A stretch of 64,000 nucleotides of DNA from Ignavibacteria bacterium. Its GTDB lineage: Bacteria; Bacteroidota; Ignavibacteria; Ch128b. Made by a program: the position numbers and the translations under genes. The DNA is taken from contig VGVX01000006.1 of the NCBI GenBank assembly GCA_016873845.1, positions 121-64,120 of the forward strand, in the 5' to 3' direction. Positions 50,333 to 58,482 of the stretch are shown here, one piece after another (within the stretch, counting starts at the first letter, position 1; every line of letters starts with the position of its first letter). The notes beneath the pieces are model-generated. The model did not search any database. It was not told where the DNA came from and saw only the letters and a list, made by a program, of their open reading frames with translations.

Positions 50333-51733
50333 TTACTCAATCCCTTCTTCACTCAGCAAAAATGTTAGAATTGCCATTGCGGCAGAGCCGAGCTCTAATT
50401 CTCTCGGATGAACTGTGTCGAATGTGTCGTTCGCCGAGTGGTGCACGTCCATGTAACGTTGATCATCAGGAACATAACCGATTTTTGCTTTAATATTTTT
50501 TATAAAAGAAATATCTACTCCGCTTCCACCCTTTCTTACCCATTCAATGCGAGCTTTTTGCAGATATGGAAGCCAGCTTTCTATTTTCTGAATTACGGCA
50601 GAATCTGCATCCACATAAAAACCTCTTGGCGTAAATGCACCTCGGTCTGATTCAATAGCTGCATAGTGAATTTCTTTTGATGTATCTGCATAATTAGCAT
50701 ATCCAATTGCACCGCGGACGCCATTCTCTTCATTAATAAAAAACACACATCGAACTGTGCGTTTTGGCTTGATATTTAACCGATTGAAGAGATCCAAAAC
50801 TTCCATCGATTGGATACATCCTGCACCATCATCATGTGCTCCGCATCCTTTATCCCAAGAATCAAAATGACCGCCGACGACTATTACTTCATTTGGTTTT
50901 TCGGTTCCGATTAATTCACCTATAACATTGTAAGATTGCACGTCGGGAAAAGTTTTACACGAAAGCCGCACATTGATTTTTAAAGAAGGTTCCTTTCTAA
51001 TGGCTTCGTATAAAAAATCCGCATCCTGATAACCAATTGCAGCAGAAGGAATTTTGGGAAGCGAGTCCACATAATACATTACACCAACATGAGGAACTTT
51101 GTCGTGTTTAGTTGTTACAGAGCGGACAAGAACTGCTGCGGCGCCATACTTCGCGGCTTCAATTGCACCTTGTGTTCTCTGATTTACTGCATTCCCGTAC
51201 CCGGAGAAAGTGTTTGTCTCACCGAGATCTAAGGCGCGGTTAAAGAAAACAATCTTACCTTTGATTGAGTTGCCGATTGAATTTAATTCGTCAAAGTTGT
51301 TAACCGAGACAACTTCCGCTGTGATTCCGTCTCTATCTGTACCGACGCTTCCTCCGAAAGCTGCGATTTCCAATGCTCGTCCGTTTAATGTTTTTGAGTT
51401 AACGATTCGGGCAGATTCAAAATCTCCTCTAATCCACTTCGGAACCATTGCAGGTTGAAGCCAGACTTTATCGAAACCCAGATATTCCATTTTTTTCTTT
51501 GCCCAATGAATTGCTTTTATGGATTGATCCGAGCCGCTTAGGCGCGGTCCAATTTCGCACAGCTCCCCAAGCATTTGATATCCGATTTGGTCGACTAAAG
51601 CTCTCCTTACAATTTTTTCTGAAGTTTCCAGATACAGAGAGTTCAAGTTTTGTGAGAATGCGGAGTTAATCATCACAAAACCAAAAGCGATAAAGGCAAT
51701 TAAATTAATAGGCAAGTAATCTTTAACTTTCAA
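50333..51733 (-). CDS. M28 family metallopeptidase with PA-like insert
   Basis: 466-aa ORF with a signal peptide. GGHFDSWD, HDDGAG and NEENG zinc-ligand motifs. Confidence 0.8.
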   Translation of the reverse strand: MKVKDYLPINLIAFIAFGFVMINSAFSQNLNSLYLETSEKIVRRALVDQIGYQMLGELCEIGPRLSGSDQSIKAIHWAKKKMEYLGFDKVWLQPAMVPKWIRGDFESARIVNSKTLNGRALEIAAFGGSVGTDRDGITAEVVSVNNFDELNSIGNSIKGKIVFFNRALDLGETNTFSGYGNAVNQRTQGAIEAAKYGAAAVLVRSVTTKHDKVPHVGVMYYVDSLPKIPSAAIGYQDADFLYEAIRKEPSLKINVRLSCKTFPDVQSYNVIGELIGTEKPNEVIVVGGHFDSWDKGCGAHDDGAGCIQSMEVLDLFNRLNIKPKRTVRCVFFINEENGVRGAIGYANYADTSKEIHYAAIESDRGAFTPRGFYVDADSAVIQKIESWLPYLQKARIEWVRKGGSGVDISFIKNIKAKIGYVPDDQRYMDVHHSANDTFDTVHPRELELGSAAMAILTFLLSEEGIE

Positions 51734-51777
51734 AATCCCTCCAGAGTTTAAAAGATTATTTAATGAAGATTAGTTTA

Positions 51778-52194
51778 TTAAAAAAGAAGTTCGTCGTTTT
51801 CCGATTCCGTATTTTTTAATGGTGCGGATGCTCTATAGTATGGTTTGATTTCCGTTCCGATATATTTGATTGCAGCCATTATTACACCAAGATCGTCTAA
51901 ATAACCAACCAACGGCACGAAGTCCGGAATTGTGTCAATGGGGGATATGAAATAAACGAGAGCCGCAACGATAATGAGTTTCCTGTACCAATTTACCGAA
52001 TCATCCTTCATGTATCTATATAGAGCTACTACATCTTCCGCGAAGGAAATTCGTTTTTTAGTTTTTTCGACTTTATCCGAAAACTTTTCTTCTATATACT
52101 CAACGTTCTTCTCGAAATTCTTTTCATCTTCTTCCGTTATTAACAGTTCTTTCGGCAAAGAGTTCATTATTCCTCCTTTGATTGAATAAATCAA
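51778..52194 (-). CDS. DUF1232 (YkvA-like) membrane protein
   Basis: 138-aa ORF. SPIDTIPDFVPLVGYLDD motif typical of DUF1232. Confidence 0.6.
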   Translation of the reverse strand: MIYSIKGGIMNSLPKELLITEEDEKNFEKNVEYIEEKFSDKVEKTKKRISFAEDVVALYRYMKDDSVNWYRKLIIVAALVYFISPIDTIPDFVPLVGYLDDLGVIMAAIKYIGTEIKPYYRASAPLKNTESENDELLF

Positions 52195-52195
52195 A

Positions 52196-52238
52196 TGTCA
52201 AAAATCAAAAGTCAAAACTACAAGTCAAAATTCAAAAT
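52196..52238. repeat. Low-coordinate arm of the AAGTCAAA-rich inverted repeat
   Basis: TGTCAAAAATCAAAAGTCAAAACTACAAGTCAAAATTCAAAATG. Partially complementary to 52673-52701. Confidence 0.7.
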
Positions 52239-52627
52239 GTAATATTTGTTAGTATTAGGCTTATCATTTTTTCCTTTTAAAGTTAATAAACTTGCGGCAA
52301 TAATTTTTAATATTTCTTCGGCTTCTTTTAACAAAGGTTCAATCATTATCTTTTCGATATTTAATCCATCTCTTAAAATACAAAGCCAGTATTTCGTCTC
52401 GTTAGCGGATTTGAGGGCGATTTCATAATATTTAATGAAATCCTTTCGAGAGCTGGCGGATTTAGCCTCGACGATATTCGCACCAATAGATGTTGACGAA
52501 CGAATAACTGGTCAATGATTGAATTATGAATTCTTTTAACTTCAATTTTATCCAGCGTTTTAATCACACTAATTGAAAAATTATAACATCTTGTCTTTAA
52601 ATTATCTTTATAACTCTTATCTGGCAT
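52218..52627 (-). pseudogene. Four-helix-bundle (23S rRNA IVS / Avd family) gene disrupted by a 1-nt frameshift
   Basis: The ORF 52373-52627 matches the family only for about 40 residues (to ...IIDQL). A different frame then reads STSIGANIVEAKSASSRKDFIKYYEIALKSANETKYWLCILRD..., the canonical continuation, down to a stop at 52218-52220. Confidence 0.65.
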
Positions 52628-52672
52628 ACTTATTCACGAACATATACCAAATAATTAAACTTTATAATTTTA

Positions 52673-52701
52673 CCTTTGACTTTTGAACTTTGACTTTTCA
52701 C
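52673..52701. repeat. High-coordinate arm of the AAGTCAAA-rich inverted repeat
   Basis: CCTTTGACTTTTGAACTTTGACTTTTCAC. Two blocks of about 9-10 nt are complementary to the other arm. Confidence 0.7.
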
Positions 52702-54729
52702 TTATTTATTTAACCACTTATCAAACCAATTGAAGATTTCCGTCATCCAAAGCTTGAAGTTTTGCGGCTTCGCGACGAAGTGAGTTTCGTCCGGGAAGTA
52801 AACAAACTTTGACGGGACTCCAAGTCTCTGCAGCGAGGTGAATAATTCAAAAGCCTGTGATTCGGGAACTCGAAAATCGTAAGCACCGTGTGTTACAAGT
52901 ATTGGTGTTGTAATTTTGTCAACAAACTGATGCGGCGAATACTTTTGATAATGTTTTCGGTTTTTCCACGGTGTTCCTTTGAATTCCCATTCGGGGAACC
53001 AAAGTTCTTCTGTTGATCCGTACATGCTTTCAAGATTGAAAACACCTGCATGCGAAACGATTGCTTTGAATCGATTTGTTTTTGTTGCCATCCAGTTCAT
53101 CATGTATCCACCATACGACGCACCGGACGCAACCGTTTTCTTTGCATCGATGAAGGAGAAGTTTTTTACAGCGTAATCGTATGCGTTCATCAGATCAGTG
53201 TAGACTTTTCCTCCCCAATCGCCGCTGATCTCATCTGTAAATTTTTGCCCGTAGCCGGTGCTGCCGCGAGGATTTGTCATCACAACAACATAACCGGGTG
53301 AAGCGTAAAGTTGCGGATTCCATCTATAGTGCCATAAATCTTCCCAAGCTCCCTGTGGTCCGCCATGAACTAAAAATACCATCGGATATTTTTTATTAGG
53401 ATCAAAGAATGGCGGTTTAACCATTAAGCTGTGTATTTGAGTATTGTTCGCACCTTTGCTCCAAAATTCTTCAAGCGGTATCATTTCAAGCTGTGAGAGA
53501 ATTTCATCGTTAATTCTCGTAAGCTGAGTTGTCTTCCTGGTTTGTAAGTCAAATTTCCAAATATCATTTGGCCTCTGAACAGAGTTTTGGTTAAATACTA
53601 AAAATTTACCGTCGCTTGAAATGTTGATATCGGTACTCCAATGCTTATCATAAATGATCTCGTAAATTTTTGATCTAATATTGATTTTATAAATAGCTTT
53701 TCGTCCGATGTTATCAGCGGTAAAAATTATCTCTTCGCCGTTTGGATGCCAAACGACTTCATCAACGCTTCGATCAAGTAATTCGGTTAAGTTGATAATT
53801 TTTCCGGCTTCTCTACTGTAAAGCATGAGAGTTTGTTTATCTGCTTCAAACCCAGCTCGTGCCATTTGACGGTAAGCAATATATTTTCCATCTGGCGAAT
53901 AGACTGGTTGATTGTCATTTCCTTTGTTGCTTGTTAACTGCCTTTTTGCCTTGCCGTCAAAATAAGTTAACCATAAGTCGTTATTTGTGCTTGTTGCAAG
54001 CACGTGTTCAGTATTAGTAACAAAACAAATTTCCTTCCCATTTGGAGAGAATGCGTAATCGGTTTTACCACCAAGTGCAATTGGTGGGCAGTCATTTTTA
54101 CTGCCGAGAGTTAGATCGATATATTTTAAGGAATCCAATTCCAATAAAAATAAGTGACTTCGTTTTTCGTCGCGCCAGGAGTTCCAATGCCGAAACATTA
54201 AATCATTAATAACTCGTGCTTTTACTTTACTCTCAGCCTTGCCCTCATCCTTAGTCTTATTGCATTCATCTGTTTCACAATCGGGATAAACTTCTGAAAT
54301 AAATAAAATTTGTTTTCCATCTTTCGAAATCACAGGCGAGGCGGCACCTGTTGATAAAAATGTTAATTGTTTTAACTCGCTTGTGTTATCTACTGGAAAG
54401 GAATAAATCTGAGAACTTCCATCTTTGGATGAAACAAATGCTAATGTCTTGGAGTCAGGAAACCAAGCAGGCGAGTTTTCTGAACCTTTCCAATCGGTTA
54501 GCTGTAGCAGTTCACCGTTTTGAATCTTTAACAGCCAAAGATCGCTGTTGCCTTTATTTTCTTCCATGCTGTAAGAAGTGATAACAAAAGCCGCGTACTC
54601 GTCGTTTGGCGAAAGAACTGTCTGCGAAACTCTTCCCATTTTCCACAAGTCATCAATAGTCATTGCTCGTTTGGATTGAGCTGATAGAATTGAAGGTATA
54701 ACTAGAATTAAAACAATTATTTTTTTCAT
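52702..54729 (-). CDS. S9 family serine peptidase (prolyl oligopeptidase / acylaminoacyl peptidase type) with N-terminal beta-propeller
   Basis: 675-aa ORF with a signal peptide and TolB-like propeller repeats. Nucleophile motif GASYGGYM and a C-terminal D/H region. Confidence 0.85.
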   Translation of the reverse strand: MKKIIVLILVIPSILSAQSKRAMTIDDLWKMGRVSQTVLSPNDEYAAFVITSYSMEENKGNSDLWLLKIQNGELLQLTDWKGSENSPAWFPDSKTLAFVSSKDGSSQIYSFPVDNTSELKQLTFLSTGAASPVISKDGKQILFISEVYPDCETDECNKTKDEGKAESKVKARVINDLMFRHWNSWRDEKRSHLFLLELDSLKYIDLTLGSKNDCPPIALGGKTDYAFSPNGKEICFVTNTEHVLATSTNNDLWLTYFDGKAKRQLTSNKGNDNQPVYSPDGKYIAYRQMARAGFEADKQTLMLYSREAGKIINLTELLDRSVDEVVWHPNGEEIIFTADNIGRKAIYKINIRSKIYEIIYDKHWSTDINISSDGKFLVFNQNSVQRPNDIWKFDLQTRKTTQLTRINDEILSQLEMIPLEEFWSKGANNTQIHSLMVKPPFFDPNKKYPMVFLVHGGPQGAWEDLWHYRWNPQLYASPGYVVVMTNPRGSTGYGQKFTDEISGDWGGKVYTDLMNAYDYAVKNFSFIDAKKTVASGASYGGYMMNWMATKTNRFKAIVSHAGVFNLESMYGSTEELWFPEWEFKGTPWKNRKHYQKYSPHQFVDKITTPILVTHGAYDFRVPESQAFELFTSLQRLGVPSKFVYFPDETHFVAKPQNFKLWMTEIFNWFDKWLNK

Positions 54730-54909
54730 AATAAGCTCAAAGATTTTTTATTAATTTTTTTTCAAATTAAAGCTAACCCCTATTAGATGCAATTGTTTTG
54801 AAAATGTAATGTCTAAATTCCTGATATTGTATAAATTAATAAATAACGATAAATCTATCTCTGTTTCCTACAGGTTCTATTGCAGAATTATATTTTATCA
54901 CTTTGGAAA

Positions 54910-56685
54910 TTACTTTCGATACGGTTCGAGCGTGTCCAAGATTAATTCGTCGATCTTAAAACCATTCTCAATTGCTTTGTCGCAATGATAAATTGATAGT
55001 TCGTAATTTTTTTGAGAGTAGTGATAAATCATGAGATTATAATGTGCCTCTGCAAAACGTGGATTTATCTCAAGAGCTTTTTCAAAATGATATTTCGCCG
55101 ACGTTAATTGATCGTTTCTCGCATATAATGTGCCGAGATTGTTATAAGCTTCAAAATAGTCGGGTTTTATTTTTATTGCTTCTAAGAATTCTTTTTCTGC
55201 ATCTTTAACTTTATTTAATTCAGAATAAACAATTCCTAGATTATTGCGAGGTTCAGAATAAATAGGATTTATTTTTATCGCTCGTTTGAAATAATCTTCC
55301 GCTTTATCGAGCACTCCCATTTTTTTATAATTGAGTCCAAGATTATTAATTGTCTCAGATGATTTTGGCTCGAGTTCAACGGCTTTTAAATATTCGATTT
55401 CTGCTGCTTGATACATTCCTAATCTATGGAAAGCGTTTCCTAATCCTTTTCTGACAAAAAAAGAATTTGGTGAGTCCTTAGCAGCCGAGCTCCATAATAA
55501 CTCGCTGCTTGAAAATACTCTACTATGCTTAAAAGTGATTATAATAAAAATTACAATGACGACAGAAAAAATAAACTCTCTTAGATTCGATTTTAAATTC
55601 AGCAAGATTTTTGATTCACTAACGGCTATAATAATTCCAAAGATTGGTACGTATGTTCGATGCTCTAAGTAGTTTGAGAAACCCGTCACATTAACGAACG
55701 TGGGCAGAAGAAAAATTATGTACCAAAGTAAACCGAAAAGTACATTCCTCAAATCTCTAATTCCGTTAATCAAAAAGATTGCAAGCATTAAAACAATTCC
55801 TGGAATTACATAGAATATATTAATTGACTCGGGAATAGGAATAACCGAAAGATTAATAGGGGAAAAAACTTTTCCGAGATATGATAGAAATCCGATTGAG
55901 TTGGTAAAAAAATTTCTATCCGGTCTTGAAATAATATCTGAATCTGCGGCAATAGCATTCATACGCATCACATACCAAATCAAAATGAGAACTCCCCAAC
56001 AAAAGTACATTAGAAAATTATTTTTATTGAAAGCGTTGCTTCGTTCAACTATAACAAGGTAAAAAACCAGCATCACAGGAAAGATTAAGGCGGTTTCCTT
56101 CGTAAGTAATGCAAGGAAGAAAAAGAAAAGGTGAAAGAAATAGAATAGTAATCGCTTAATGGATATCGGCACTTCCGAATTTCGTAATCTTAAAATGAAA
56201 TAAAAACTCGACATAATAAAAATAAAAAGTAAAGAATCGTTTCTGCCCGGTATCCAAGCGACTGCTTGAGTCAATATAGGATGAACCGCGAAAACCATTG
56301 AAGAGATGAAAGCCGCAGTGCGCGAAAGTTTCAACTGAATTAACAAAATAAATAAGAGCAGAACAGCAATTACATGAAACAAAACATTACTCAAATGATA
56401 TTGAAAAGGATTTAATTTTCCGATAAATGCATCGACCATAAAAGTCAGCGTTAGAATTGGTCTGAAAAATACACCATGGGAGCTCATAAAAACTTCCTGA
56501 CGAAATGCCTGCGGAATATTTTGCGGATTGCTTATGAAATAATATTTCTTAACTATTAAATCGTAATCATCGAATGATGAAAAGTCGAAGAATAAAGTTT
56601 GTCCATACAAGCCGAAGATTAATGCTGATAGAAAAACGTACGGAAAAAATTTAAGCTTAATTATTTTTCGAAAAAAATCGTTCAC
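54910..56685 (-). CDS. Polytopic membrane glycosyltransferase-like (GT-C/PMT-TMTC-like) protein with C-terminal TPR repeats
   Basis: 591-aa ORF with about 10 TM segments followed by 5-6 TPR units (AEIEYLKAVELEP, AEDYFKRAIKINP, AEKEFLEAIKIKP, AKYHFEKALEINP). Confidence 0.6.
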   Translation of the reverse strand: MNDFFRKIIKLKFFPYVFLSALIFGLYGQTLFFDFSSFDDYDLIVKKYYFISNPQNIPQAFRQEVFMSSHGVFFRPILTLTFMVDAFIGKLNPFQYHLSNVLFHVIAVLLLFILLIQLKLSRTAAFISSMVFAVHPILTQAVAWIPGRNDSLLFIFIMSSFYFILRLRNSEVPISIKRLLFYFFHLFFFFLALLTKETALIFPVMLVFYLVIVERSNAFNKNNFLMYFCWGVLILIWYVMRMNAIAADSDIISRPDRNFFTNSIGFLSYLGKVFSPINLSVIPIPESINIFYVIPGIVLMLAIFLINGIRDLRNVLFGLLWYIIFLLPTFVNVTGFSNYLEHRTYVPIFGIIIAVSESKILLNLKSNLREFIFSVVIVIFIIITFKHSRVFSSSELLWSSAAKDSPNSFFVRKGLGNAFHRLGMYQAAEIEYLKAVELEPKSSETINNLGLNYKKMGVLDKAEDYFKRAIKINPIYSEPRNNLGIVYSELNKVKDAEKEFLEAIKIKPDYFEAYNNLGTLYARNDQLTSAKYHFEKALEINPRFAEAHYNLMIYHYSQKNYELSIYHCDKAIENGFKIDELILDTLEPYRK

Positions 56686-56693
56686 TTAAATCA

Positions 56694-57434
56694 CTAAAGA
56701 AATTTTTTGATTTGCCTTATGAAGTTTCTTATGAGATAACTAAGTGCTTCGAATAAAGTACCGATTCCATATTTAACGCTTTCAAAAAAATCAATACTCG
56801 ATGAGTTTTTGAAATAGCGGACAGGCACAGGTATCTCTCCAATTCTAAAATTATTTTCAACAATCTGAAATAAAACTTGTGAATCGAAGACAAATCCATT
56901 GGAGTTTTTATTAAAGTTAATAGTTTCTAGCACTTCACGTTTGTAAGCACGCATACCTGTATGCCATTCGGAGAGGTTTTGTCCAGAGACTAAATTTTCA
57001 ATAAAAGTTAAAATTCTATTTCCGATGTATTTGTATAAAGGCATTCCACCTTCGAGTGCTTCGCGCCGGGTTCTAATTCTCGAACCTAGCATTACATCGA
57101 AATAACCGTCGCGGATAAATTCGATAAAGTATTTTACAAGTTTTGGATCGTATTGATAATCGGGATGAAGCATGATTATAATATCGGCACCATGTTCCAA
57201 TGCAAGTCGATAACAAGTTTTCTGCGTTCCGCCGTAGCCGATATTTTTTTCATGCGAGTGAACTATCAAACCCAAACGATTGGCTACTTCAACGGTCCTA
57301 TCACTGCTTCCATCGTCAACGAGAATCATTTCATCGATATATTCTCGCGGAATATCGTTTACTGTCTGTTCAAGGGTTTTTTCGGCAAAGTATGCGGGAA
57401 AAATAATAATTGCTTTCGGTTGTCGAGTTGTCAT
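56694..57434 (-). CDS. Family 2 glycosyltransferase (polyprenol-phosphate sugar synthase-like)
   Basis: 246-aa ORF. IIFPAY..., VDDGSSDRT and HPDYQYDP motifs. Confidence 0.85.
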   Translation of the reverse strand: MTTRQPKAIIIFPAYFAEKTLEQTVNDIPREYIDEMILVDDGSSDRTVEVANRLGLIVHSHEKNIGYGGTQKTCYRLALEHGADIIIMLHPDYQYDPKLVKYFIEFIRDGYFDVMLGSRIRTRREALEGGMPLYKYIGNRILTFIENLVSGQNLSEWHTGMRAYKREVLETINFNKNSNGFVFDSQVLFQIVENNFRIGEIPVPVRYFKNSSSIDFFESVKYGIGTLFEALSYLIRNFIRQIKKFL

Positions 57435-57531
57435 CTTTGAATGAATTTATTCATTTCAAACTACCATGTTTTTAATTTTCGTGTAATTTGTAATAATTTG
57501 TGTCTAAAAAACCACATACTAATTACGCGAA

Positions 57532-57825
57532 TTATTTATAAACAAACTTCTGTATCAACAAAACTACCGCCATGCAAAAAATAACGGCATTTGTAACCAT
57601 TATTGCCCAATCGTTGCGATAAGTTCCGTAAATAAACCACAGCACCGTAGCAACGATAATCATAAATACAAAAATCCATGAGATGTCTTTTACACTTTTT
57701 GTCTTGAATCCCTTAATAACTTGGGGCATGAGATTCAAACAGCTTAAAGTAACGGCAAAGCCGCCGATGAGTTCGTAGATGTTCATGATAATTCTGCTAT
57801 TTTTTTTAGTTATTAAATTGAGCAA
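57532..57825 (-). CDS. SemiSWEET / PQ-loop small transporter (start possibly at 57786)
   Basis: 97-aa ORF with three TM helices and a PQ motif (LMPQVIKGFKTKS). Confidence 0.7.
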   Translation of the reverse strand: MLNLITKKNSRIIMNIYELIGGFAVTLSCLNLMPQVIKGFKTKSVKDISWIFVFMIIVATVLWFIYGTYRNDWAIMVTNAVIFCMAVVLLIQKFVYK

Positions 57826-58482
57826 AGTTACAAAAAATTTGAGTCTCGTTTTTATTTTAATGATTGTTTACGTTTTGCAGGAAATTTGGAGTAATAAGAT
57901 GCACCGCGTCTTTAGAAAAAATTCACAAAGTTGTTATTAGAAATTTTTGCAATGGCTTTACTATGGGCATTATAGAAAGTTTTACACTGAAACACATACG
58001 TAACTTGAGTGATGAGAGTGCATTGCAAACTCGCGACCCACTAATTAAGAGTCTTACTCCAAATTTCTGTAACTCATTTAATTATAATAAGTTAAAACTC
58101 TCTGCCATAGTATTTGCCATAGTGGTTTATCCAAAAATATTTTTTACTTAGCAATTTTTCTCTTTGTAGTCCTAGCATTAAATATTGTAAAAATTATCAA
58201 TATCTTTTTTCGAATATCTTCCTGTAATATTAATCTTAGAAAAAGATACTTGCTAGTCCATTTCCTATAGTACTAACTATATTCTTTAGAGATGTAAGTC
58301 GAATGAATGAAACCGAAAAAAAATAGAAAACCAAATCACTACTAAGGACATCATTCATAATTTGATAAAAACAATTAAATAAAAAAGTGAAAGGACCTTA
58401 ACACCTATTTATCAATATATTTTCCTTATAACATTTTAGGTTTCTATGAGACTATTAATTTTTATATTTTTACGAAGTATCA

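Noticed and set aside
50308-50334. CCATTT-rich low-complexity tract (CCATTTTGCCATCTACCATTTACCATT) as a solo arm of another stem cassette
   Set aside because: I could find no complementary partner nearby. It overlaps the stop of the M28 peptidase gene. It is too short and simple to support a claim.
57864-58151. 95-aa ORF upstream of the Lon-like gene
   Set aside because: It lies in very AT-rich sequence. It has no RBS, no motif and a Cys/Phe/Ile-rich composition typical of random AT-rich ORFs.
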